The notes under the pieces are model-generated. The model saw nothing but the letters and a program-made list of their open reading frames with translations, made no database searches and had not been told where the DNA came from. DNA of 64,000 nt from an uncultured Candidatus Saccharibacteria bacterium (GTDB taxonomy: Bacteria > Patescibacteriota > Minisyncoccia > Phycocordibacterales > UBA918): assembly GCA_964350735.1 (NCBI GenBank), contig CAYGKO010000001.1, positions 18,134-82,133 of the forward strand, written 5' to 3'. The first letter of the stretch is position 1. Each line of letters begins with the position of its first letter. Position numbers and translations under genes: made by a program. Shown here in pieces: positions 1 to 7,834 of this stretch.

Positions 1-103
1 TCTTTTGTTGTAGTTTTGTATTTGTTCGCATATAAATCTAACTGTAGCCATGTCCCTTTTTCAGGAACAATATATATAACTATCTATCATCAAAAAAGTT
101 ACA

Positions 104-703
104 TTAATGATCAGAGAGTAACAACTCTGATTCATCATCTTTTGCTTCCTTGCGGAAGGCTGCTTTAGCTCGATGAATCCGGGCTTTAATTGTTCCTACG
201 GTCTCCCCGGTTTCATCAGCTATATCAGCATGACTCCAGCGCTCAAGATAGTGCATACGCAATACCACTACAAAATGTCCTGGCATTCGCTCCAATACTC
301 GCTCAATCGCGTCACGCTTCTCGGCAAATCCGCTATGCTCCGCTTTCTCACCAATCAGCTGCTCAAACTCGGGATCGATGTTCACAAACCGGTGCCCTTC
401 CTTTACTCGTTTTTGATAGCGAGTAAACGCCGTATTCATTAAGATACGATACGCCCAACTCGAAAACTTCGCTCCTTCTTGTACTTCAAAGCGATGCGCA
501 TTCATATAGATCTTAGTAAAAGCATCTTGCACGATTTCTTCTGCATCAAGCTGATTATGAATGATCGTCATTGCTTTACGCATAAATGCATCTTGATAGC
601 GCTCCAGAAGCACCGCAAAGATCCACGGCTGCGCTTGACTGCGCGCCAGGATTTCTTCATCAGACAACTCTTTAGCGTTATCAGTAGTGGTTAAGCCGAG
701 CAT
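104..703 (-). CDS. ECF-type RNA polymerase sigma-70 factor
   Basis: Region 2 motifs (DAEEIVQDAF, FSSWAYRILMN) and region 4 HTH (SHADIA..GTIKARIHRAK). Confidence 0.9.
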   Translation of the reverse strand: MLGLTTTDNAKELSDEEILARSQAQPWIFAVLLERYQDAFMRKAMTIIHNQLDAEEIVQDAFTKIYMNAHRFEVQEGAKFSSWAYRILMNTAFTRYQKRVKEGHRFVNIDPEFEQLIGEKAEHSGFAEKRDAIERVLERMPGHFVVVLRMHYLERWSHADIADETGETVGTIKARIHRAKAAFRKEAKDDESELLLSDH

Positions 704-877
704 AGTTTGGTACCATTGTGCCCGTTATAACCAAGATTTACAACTACAAGTTACCTATGGCAAAAGTTAAATGAAGAAAGGAGCAAAAGCGACTATTCTG
801 AATTTACTTCCCAATTCGCCAAGTCCTATGGCGAATTGCTGGAAGACTAAAGGTACCCATTTAGTACAGAAAACACT

Positions 878-1453
878 ATGGCAAAATTAAACTACAACGA
901 AGTCCTCCCCAAACGAACCGTCATTATGGATAATGACCCTTATTTAGTGCTTTCATCCAACATTGCCAAGAAGGATCGACAAAAAGCCAGTAACGCTGTG
1001 AAGATGAAAAACCTCCGCACTGGTGGTGTAGTTGATCGAACCTTTCATCAGTCTGACGTGCTCGAAGCAGCTGATATCGAAAAGCGAGAGGTGAAATTTT
1101 TGTACAGCAACCGTGGTGAGTTCTGGTTCTGTACTCCTGACAGCCCAGGTAATCGCTTTAATTTAAGCGAAGACGTAGTCGGCGCCATGAGCAAATATGT
1201 TACTGAAAACAGTATTGTGGAAGCAATTGTATTCGACGACGTCATCATGAGCGTCATAACGCCAATCAAGGTAGAGCTCAAAGTGACCGAAGCATCCGAA
1301 GCAGTCAAAGGCAACACCTCAAGTGGCGCTACTAAAGAAGTAACCCTCGAAACTGGTCTCCTGATCCAGGTTCCCCAATTCATCAACCAAGGAGACATCA
1401 TAAAAGTAAACACCGAAAGCGGTCTCTATACCGAACGAACTACCAAAGCGTAG
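878..1453 (+). CDS. efp: Elongation factor P
   Basis: KNLRTG, KGNTSSG.TK, LETG..IQVP.FI..GD.IKVNT motifs; the loop is non-canonical (KKDRQK). Confidence 0.95.
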   Translation: MAKLNYNEVLPKRTVIMDNDPYLVLSSNIAKKDRQKASNAVKMKNLRTGGVVDRTFHQSDVLEAADIEKREVKFLYSNRGEFWFCTPDSPGNRFNLSEDVVGAMSKYVTENSIVEAIVFDDVIMSVITPIKVELKVTEASEAVKGNTSSGATKEVTLETGLLIQVPQFINQGDIIKVNTESGLYTERTTKA

Positions 1454-1473
1454 GTAGAAACAATCCACCGCAT

Positions 1474-1508
1474 ACAAAAACCCGATGCTGATAGCATCGG
1501 GTTTTTGT
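1474..1508. terminator. Bidirectional intrinsic terminator between convergent efp and rpsR
   Basis: ACAAAAACCCGATGCT-gat-AGCATCGGGTTTTTGT perfect hairpin with A and T tails. Confidence 0.8.
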
Positions 1509-1523
1509 CTTCGTCCCTTCTCT

Positions 1524-1721
1524 CTAGTGTGTCACAAACGCCATGAGCGCCATGAATCGAGCTCGTTTGGTTGCTCGAGCGAAGTCTCGCTGCTGCTTAG
1601 CAGTGAAACCAGTTCGCTTTCGGCCGTACATACGAGAGTGTGGGTTCACATGATTACTGAGACGAGTGATGTCTTTGTAATCAACGTGGTTGATTGTTTG
1701 AATTACGTTTTTTTCTTCCAT
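1524..1721 (-). CDS. rpsR: 30S ribosomal protein S18 (cysteine-free form)
   Basis: VDYKD...RKRTG..AKQQR..A.A.KRARFMAL; rpsF-ssb-rpsR order. Confidence 0.95.
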   Translation of the reverse strand: MEEKNVIQTINHVDYKDITRLSNHVNPHSRMYGRKRTGFTAKQQRDFARATKRARFMALMAFVTH

Positions 1722-1886
1722 ATCTTTTTAATTATACTGAAATTATGTCTTAGGATGTTCCAAGAATTTGCTCTAGGCATTGAGCAAATTCGGAACTAAA
1801 TTCGGAATAGTCGCTTGCGCTCCTTTCCTCATTCATCTTCTGACATAATTTCAAATTTTGGCTGATAAGTATCTATTTTTTAAGAG

Positions 1887-2016
1887 TTTTAGCGAATCTG
1901 GGATGACTGAGAAGCGAGGCGCACAAGAAATTTTTTTACGAGTTGTACGTAGGTACGGTGAGTAAAAAATTATCGCCGTGCAACGAAGCTAATCGGTTAT
2001 ATCCAATTCGTTAAAA
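1887..2016 (+). repeat. ERIC-like structured intergenic element, copy 1
   Basis: Long interrupted hairpin with GCGAGGCGCACAAG / CGAG..GTAC..GTAC..TGAG / GTGCAACGAAG motifs shared with copies at 10891, 20828 and 42036. Confidence 0.65.
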
Positions 2017-2472
2017 TGGGATGTCTTCTGGATTGATTTCCTCTTCAGGGTAATCTGGGGTCTTTGGCGCTGCGCTATCTGCTGCACCAGTGCTGCTAGC
2101 AGCACTGGGGGCATCATTATTAGCCGGCGCTCCTTCACCACTGTTACCGCTCTTAGGTCCAAATTGTACCCGATCAGCAATCACTTCAGTCCGATACTGC
2201 TTGTGACCATCTTTCTCCCATGACCGAGTCTGCAGACGACCTTCAACGTATGTACTGCTTCCCTTGTGTAGATATTTCGACACATTTTCAGCTTGCTTAC
2301 CAAATACCACAATGTTGTGGTAATCAGTTGATTCTTGTCGGTTTCCATCTCGGTCATTGTAGACGCGATTAGTAGCCAAACTGAACGAACAAACTTGCAT
2401 TCCACTCGGGAGGGATTTCATTTCTGGATCTCGAGTTAGATTTCCAAAAATCATCGCTTTGTTGAGGTACAT
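2011..2472 (-). CDS. ssb: Single-stranded DNA-binding protein
   Basis: NKAMIFGNLTRDPE, VEGRLQTRSW, acidic DIPF tail. Confidence 0.97.
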   Translation of the reverse strand: MYLNKAMIFGNLTRDPEMKSLPSGMQVCSFSLATNRVYNDRDGNRQESTDYHNIVVFGKQAENVSKYLHKGSSTYVEGRLQTRSWEKDGHKQYRTEVIADRVQFGPKSGNSGEGAPANNDAPSAASSTGAADSAAPKTPDYPEEEINPEDIPF

Positions 2473-2503
2473 ATCGTGAGTTGCTTAAATGATTAGACGT
2501 TAC

Positions 2504-3064
2504 TTATTTTGCTTCTGTCTTGGCTTCAGACTCCTCTTTTGGAGACTCTTCAGCTGCTTCAGATGCTTCAGTCTTTTCATTATCCTCTGATTTTGCTTCT
2601 TCTGCAACTGGTGCAACTACTTCTTTTTCTTCCACGTCAGTTACCATCTTTTCTGAAGCTAACGCTTCGTGGAATCGGAATGGATGAGCTTCTTCTTCTC
2701 GAGAAAGTCGGATCAGTAGGTGTCGCAAAATATCACTTCGCGCTTCCATTTCTTCACCCATTTCTGTTACTGCAGATGATTCGGCTGTAAACCGCACCCA
2801 CCCAAAGTACGCTGATGCAAACTTTCGGTTCTTACCTTCTAAGTGCTTCACGATCTCATACGCAAGATCAAATCGTTCTGGCGCTTCTTCACCAGTGATC
2901 TCACCACCAGCTTTTGACACTAGGGCTTTAATCTCTTCTACTACTTTAGTCACTTCCCCTTCAGCAACTGTTGGAAGTACGTGGAAAGCAAGTTCGTACG
3001 CAAACCGTTCATTTTGGTCTACGCCTGACTCAGCTTCAGCTGCTGGCATTGTTGTTTCTGACAT
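2504..3064 (-). CDS. rpsF: 30S ribosomal protein S6 with acidic extensions
   Basis: YEL.F..., LAYEI, ILRHLLIR; upstream of ssb. Confidence 0.9.
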   Translation of the reverse strand: MSETTMPAAEAESGVDQNERFAYELAFHVLPTVAEGEVTKVVEEIKALVSKAGGEITGEEAPERFDLAYEIVKHLEGKNRKFASAYFGWVRFTAESSAVTEMGEEMEARSDILRHLLIRLSREEEAHPFRFHEALASEKMVTDVEEKEVVAPVAEEAKSEDNEKTEASEAAEESPKEESEAKTEAK

Positions 3065-3153
3065 ATTTTTCAGGAACTACTGATAACGGCGCTACGGTAC
3101 CATGAAAAACTCCTTCATACAAGCTGCCGCAAGTGCTACAATAGGGGCCAAAT

Positions 3154-4086
3154 ATGCAGCAAAACCGAACTATTTCCTGGCCATTTTATATCCTCATAGT
3201 ATTCTTTCTGATTGCGCTAGGTGGTAGTGCCTATCTCTATCTTGAGCTGACAGAACGGACTGATGAGCGTGACGCTCTTTTGCTAACTAAAGCCAATTTA
3301 ACCACCAATCTCGATCAAACTACCAAAAAACTCAGCGCCGCGAGTAATACAGTCGCTGCCCTCGTGCAAGAACTTGATATCACCGCCGAAGAGCTCGAGG
3401 ATGCGGAACGAGACTACCGACGAGAAAAAGACAAAAATGATGATCTTGAAGACGAGTACCGCGATACTATCGAAACTGTACGTGTACTCGACAAACTATC
3501 TAAAACCGATGAGGAGCTGCTCCAAAAATACTCTCGGGTTTCGTTCTTGAATGAAAATTACATCCCGTCTGATATCGACGAGATTCACAGTAAATATATC
3601 CTCAGCAGTCGGAGCGACCAGTACTTCCACGCTGATGCGATGTCCTTTCTTGAGGATCTGCTTGATGATGCACGGCGCGACAAGATTGATCTGCAAGTAG
3701 TATCGGCCTATCGATCATTTGATACCCAAGCGCAACTTAAAGGCCAGTATACCCAAACCTACGGCTCGGGCGCCAACACCTTCTCGGCTGACCAAGGTTT
3801 CTCCGAACACCAGCTTGGGACCACCGTCGATTTCACCGACACTGAAGCAAACGCTTTACGGCCAAGCTTTGAAAATACCGACGCCTTTGAGTGGCTCGAA
3901 AAGAACGCCTACAAACACGGCTTTGTGCTGTCCTACCCTAAAGGCAACGACTTCTTTATCTTTGAGCCCTGGCACTGGCGCTTTGTCGGCGAAGAATTGG
4001 CCCGCGACCTTGATCGTGATGACGCCAACTTCTACGACTGGGACCAACGCGATATCGATCCCTACCTCTTAAACATTTTTGATTAA
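3154..4086 (+). CDS. Membrane-anchored M15B (VanY-like) D-Ala-D-Ala carboxypeptidase with coiled-coil stalk
   Basis: N-terminal TM, coiled coil, SAYRS, SEHQLG..D and EPWHWR motifs. Confidence 0.88.
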   Translation: MQQNRTISWPFYILIVFFLIALGGSAYLYLELTERTDERDALLLTKANLTTNLDQTTKKLSAASNTVAALVQELDITAEELEDAERDYRREKDKNDDLEDEYRDTIETVRVLDKLSKTDEELLQKYSRVSFLNENYIPSDIDEIHSKYILSSRSDQYFHADAMSFLEDLLDDARRDKIDLQVVSAYRSFDTQAQLKGQYTQTYGSGANTFSADQGFSEHQLGTTVDFTDTEANALRPSFENTDAFEWLEKNAYKHGFVLSYPKGNDFFIFEPWHWRFVGEELARDLDRDDANFYDWDQRDIDPYLLNIFD

Positions 4087-4090
4087 CAGT

Positions 4091-4510
4091 ATGGATATCC
4101 CTGAATGTTTTTACAGAGTCAGTGCAAAAGCTCTTGTATTAAATGAAACCAGGGATAAGTTTCTAATTATTCAAGATGAGAATGGTTGGTGGGATCTTCC
4201 TGGAGGTGGTTTAGAATGGGAAACAACTCCTCAGATTGATATCCCTCGTGAGGTAACTGAAGAAATGTCCCTAAAGGTTACGTCTGTAAGTGATAATCCA
4301 TCTTATTTTTACACTGACCGTAAACCAAGTTTAGTAACTAAAGGAGCTATTAATCCCTACGCATACGTGCTGTATGAGACTGTTCTTGAAAACCTAGATT
4401 TTAAAGCGTCTGATGAATGTGTGAGGATCATGTTTGTTAACAAACAATGTCTCCCAGAAGATAACGTCCATCAACAAGTATTAAAGCTGGCAAAAATATT
4501 TAATCAATGA
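4091..4510 (+). CDS. NUDIX hydrolase
   Basis: WDLPGGG.E..E......REV.EE Nudix box. Confidence 0.8.
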   Translation: MDIPECFYRVSAKALVLNETRDKFLIIQDENGWWDLPGGGLEWETTPQIDIPREVTEEMSLKVTSVSDNPSYFYTDRKPSLVTKGAINPYAYVLYETVLENLDFKASDECVRIMFVNKQCLPEDNVHQQVLKLAKIFNQ

Positions 4511-5025
4511 AAATTAGCATCATTGGTCACAACGCGTGTGGTAAAAGTACCTTAGCGACAAAGATTGCTGATGAATTTACTATCCCACGACTAGAGTTAG
4601 ATCGACTATGGTTTACCCATGGTGGCAATGAAACGACTCGTCACCAAGTCGAGCAGCGAAAGCTAATAAGCGATAGTATTCATACAGATGTTTCAAATTT
4701 TTTAGCCCAAAATGAACGCTGGGTTTCAGATGGTTTTTATAGTAAAGAGCAGCCTGCAATTTCTGATCTTGCCGATCAAGTAGTATTCATCGATATACCT
4801 TTATGGCAGCGGCAGTGGAACCATTTGAAAAGGATCTGGAACCGAAGTGAAAGACACCCCGAATTATCAATCTGGGACGAACTATTTTTTACCTACGATA
4901 TGATTCGTCGCACCAAAGAGCGCACGCCACAAATAGCGGCATTTTATAATACCTACAAGAACAAACTCATTCATCTTCGTTCACATCAAGAAGTAGATAC
5001 TTACTTTGAATCACTAGAAAAATAA
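4507..5025 (+). CDS. Adenylate-kinase-like P-loop protein (FlaR/topology modulation family)
   Basis: IIGHNACGKST Walker A, ELDRL, WVSDG.Y. Confidence 0.75.
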   Translation: MKISIIGHNACGKSTLATKIADEFTIPRLELDRLWFTHGGNETTRHQVEQRKLISDSIHTDVSNFLAQNERWVSDGFYSKEQPAISDLADQVVFIDIPLWQRQWNHLKRIWNRSERHPELSIWDELFFTYDMIRRTKERTPQIAAFYNTYKNKLIHLRSHQEVDTYFESLEK

Positions 5026-5870
5026 AATCGGTGCCAATTTTCTACTAGTTTAAGTCGGACCTCCTCTTCATCCTCTCCCCGAATCTCCGCGATCTTTTTA
5101 TACACTTCCTGCACCATCCAGGGTTCACAGCGTTGACCACGGTATGGCTTTGGAGCTACATATGGACAATCGGTCTCAGCGTGGATCAATTCGAGGGGAG
5201 CATTTTTGACTATCTCTTCATAATCTTTGGCGAAGGTAATCACACCAGTAAACGAGATGGTGCAGCCAAGATCAAAAAACTTCTTCGCTTGTTCCCAATT
5301 CCCCGCGTAGAAATGAATATTAGCTGGCACCTTCGCGTACTGCTTCAAGACATCATAGACATCATCATAAGCACTCCGGCCAGTCGCTGAGGCACTGGCT
5401 TGATTCCCGGCTGCATCGCGGGTGTGGATCATGAGTGGCAGCTGCAGTTCATTAGCAAGCTGAATTTGTGCAATAAATTGCTCTTCTTGAATGGCGTAGG
5501 TATCAGCATCAGCTCGATAGAAATCAAAGCCACATTCGCCAATCCCTACCACCTTCTCGTGTTTTGCCAGCTCACGATAGAAATCAACATCAAACACTTC
5601 CCCCTGGCTTTTAAACGGCGCGCTCCCCTCCCCAATTTCTTCATTAGAATGAAAATCTGGTGTAGTTTGGATCGGATGCAATCCTACTATGGCGTAACAA
5701 TGCTCGTGTTTCGCAGCTATCTCAACCGCCTTCTGGCTGGTACTTTCCTTCGTCCCAATATTAATCACTGCCACACCATCATCAGCACATTTCTTGGCCA
5801 CCGCATCCCGGTCCTCATCAAATGACGAAATGTTGAGGTGCGCATGGGTATCAATGTATTTCCAGTCCAT
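5001..5870 (-). CDS. tatD: TatD family deoxyribonuclease
   Basis: IDTHAH, GLHP, GIGECGFD, IHTR, ETDCPY motifs. Confidence 0.93.
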   Translation of the reverse strand: MDWKYIDTHAHLNISSFDEDRDAVAKKCADDGVAVINIGTKESTSQKAVEIAAKHEHCYAIVGLHPIQTTPDFHSNEEIGEGSAPFKSQGEVFDVDFYRELAKHEKVVGIGECGFDFYRADADTYAIQEEQFIAQIQLANELQLPLMIHTRDAAGNQASASATGRSAYDDVYDVLKQYAKVPANIHFYAGNWEQAKKFFDLGCTISFTGVITFAKDYEEIVKNAPLELIHAETDCPYVAPKPYRGQRCEPWMVQEVYKKIAEIRGEDEEEVRLKLVENWHRFYFSSDSK

Positions 5871-5905
5871 AGTTTCCAATTAATATCGCTATAATACCAC
5901 ACCAA

Positions 5906-5931
5906 AAACCTTTCAATCGATTGAAAGGTTT
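5906..5931. promoter_or_regulatory. Perfect 26-bp palindrome, candidate operator of the TrpR-like gene
   Basis: AAACCTTTCAATCGATTGAAAGGTTT sits immediately 5' of an extended -10 (TGTTATCCT) that ends 7 nt before the ATG. Confidence 0.6.
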
Positions 5932-5946
5932 GTTATCCTGATTCTA

Positions 5947-6354
5947 ATGGCTCGACTCAATAAAAACCCTCTGCCTCCTGAACAATTAACCAAACTATTG
6001 GATCAATTTGATAACACTCTAGGCCGCATCCCCGTCGCAGAAACTGGACCATTCTTTTCTGAACTCTTGGGCCATGAAGAAAGAATTATGTTAGCAAAAA
6101 GACTCGCTATTATTATTCTCTTACTGGAAGAGTATTCCCTCTACAAAATAAGTAATCTCCTTAAAGTCAGTTCTGGCACTGCAGAAAATATCAAACGTCG
6201 ACTCAACAAAGGAGAATACGACCACATCGTTAGAGTACTCGGAAAAGATAAAAATAATTACTTTCAAATATTGGAAGCGATCGATACTGTCTTACACCTT
6301 GGCGGCATGCTTCCACACTACAATGGCATCGAGCGCTATAAATTCTTAAAGTAA
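5947..6354 (+). CDS. TrpR-like (YerC/YecD family) helix-turn-helix regulator
   Basis: ELL..EERIMLAKRL.I..LL....S.Y.I...LKVSS.T pattern. Confidence 0.8.
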   Translation: MARLNKNPLPPEQLTKLLDQFDNTLGRIPVAETGPFFSELLGHEERIMLAKRLAIIILLLEEYSLYKISNLLKVSSGTAENIKRRLNKGEYDHIVRVLGKDKNNYFQILEAIDTVLHLGGMLPHYNGIERYKFLK

Positions 6355-6377
6355 ACCTTTCAATCGATTGAAAGGTT
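6353..6377. repeat. Second copy of the 5906 palindrome
   Basis: AAACCTTTCAATCGATTGAAAGGTT identical over 25 nt; overlaps both convergent stop codons. Confidence 0.85.
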
Positions 6378-7002
6378 ACAAGATGTGTTCTTTTTCTAGA
6401 GATTGTTTCACTCGTTCAAAAATTAAACGATGTCCTTCAGCATTAGGGTGGTCACCGTCATATGTAAGTTCTGCAACTCTTTCACCAAACAGACCTTGCA
6501 TAGGTACAAAATGAACCCCATGTTCTCTTACCAATTCTTGTAGAGCTTTGTCATACAGATCACCATCAGCATCTAATGCGGCATGTCCTTCATACCAAGG
6601 CATTGGGTTTAACTGTGATTCATCTGAATCATACAAGCCTAAAAACACTATCGTCCCAAATGGTTTGGTAATGCCAATCATTCGCTCGCAGTTTTCTTTA
6701 AAGCGATCGATTGGTACCTGGCATTCGTTAGTCTCAAGATTGCGTACACTATCATTACCTCCAGTCTCAAAAATAATCAAATTCTTATCCTCTGCCCGAA
6801 AATACAGTTCATGTTCTAAACGCTTGACGATCCCATCACTCGTATCTCCTGACACACCAAGATTAAATACTGCGTGATAATCATTATGATTTTGCTCAGC
6901 GACCCGTGGGCCATATTCTAGAAATAACCGATTTACCCAACCTCCTTTTTCTGTATCGTCAAAACCCTGCGCGATACTTGTTCCAAAAACAATAATATTC
7001 AT
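6376..7002 (-). CDS. SGNH/GDSL hydrolase
   Basis: FGTSI, NLGVSG, GGND, DGDHPN blocks. Confidence 0.88.
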   Translation of the reverse strand: MNIIVFGTSIAQGFDDTEKGGWVNRLFLEYGPRVAEQNHNDYHAVFNLGVSGDTSDGIVKRLEHELYFRAEDKNLIIFETGGNDSVRNLETNECQVPIDRFKENCERMIGITKPFGTIVFLGLYDSDESQLNPMPWYEGHAALDADGDLYDKALQELVREHGVHFVPMQGLFGERVAELTYDGDHPNAEGHRLIFERVKQSLEKEHIL

Positions 7003-7004
7003 AT

Positions 7005-7652
7005 CTATGATTCAAGTGGTGGGAGATGATTAATAAATTCAAGCTTATCCATCTCACCATTGTATTTGGTTATGGTGCCGACTTCAACTGAGTAGTCTTC
7101 GTGGGATTGGCGATCTTTTCCATCGAGAAGTGGAAGGATCGCTCGTAGGCAGCCGTGGTGTGTCACCACCACTAATTGATCACCTGGTTCAGCTGCTTCG
7201 ACCATCAGAGTGAGAACTCCGAACAAGCGGTCTTCCATCATCTGCCACGACTCGCCTTCTGGCGGTGTAAACGCATATCTTTCAGCAAAAGTCATCTCAC
7301 TGAGTTGTTCTGAAAGTGTTATCCAGGTGTAGTTACTGTACTTACCCCAATCGCGCTCAACCAGACGATCACTCTCGAGCGCCTCCACACCAGTAGCGCC
7401 AATAATTGCGGCAGCAGTCTCATTAGTGCGAGAGCGGAATGAGGTATAGATTGTTTTGATTGGTGAGTGAAGTACAGCGAAGTATTTTCCAATTGCTTTA
7501 GCCTGCTCTTTTCCAAGTGCGGTAAGCGCCGTATCCTGACAAACCAAACAATGCTTCCCCAGCGTATTCCCGTCACTTTGGCCATGACGTACAAAGTAAA
7601 TACTGATATTTTTCTTTTTAGCGAGAGCTGCTTTAAATAAATCGTATCCCAT
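7005..7652 (-). CDS. Histidine phosphatase family protein
   Basis: RHG motif, LT..G..QA, PEGES, VTH. Confidence 0.88.
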   Translation of the reverse strand: MGYDLFKAALAKKKNISIYFVRHGQSDGNTLGKHCLVCQDTALTALGKEQAKAIGKYFAVLHSPIKTIYTSFRSRTNETAAAIIGATGVEALESDRLVERDWGKYSNYTWITLSEQLSEMTFAERYAFTPPEGESWQMMEDRLFGVLTLMVEAAEPGDQLVVVTHHGCLRAILPLLDGKDRQSHEDYSVEVGTITKYNGEMDKLEFINHLPPLES

Positions 7653-7680
7653 ACACAAATAATTATGACGTGCCCCAAAT

Positions 7681-7714
7681 TACAGAAACTGCCGCAGGAG
7701 CGGCAATTTCTGTA
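7681..7714 (-). terminator. Probable terminator hairpin downstream of metG
   Basis: TACAGAAACTGCCGC-agga-GCGGCAATTTCTGTA near-perfect inverted repeat. Confidence 0.5.
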
Positions 7715-7834
7715 CGACATGACTGGATAAAATGAGGGGCGTTAAAACCATTGGTTGACCCCCAACCTTCTGTTTCCCCTTTAATTGCTGAATATTTCAG
7801 ACAACACATATTCGGGCCATTATACACAGACCTA

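Noticed and set aside
3154-4086. Vancomycin resistance gene (vanY)
   Set aside because: M15B peptidases are common housekeeping enzymes; no van ligase or regulators nearby
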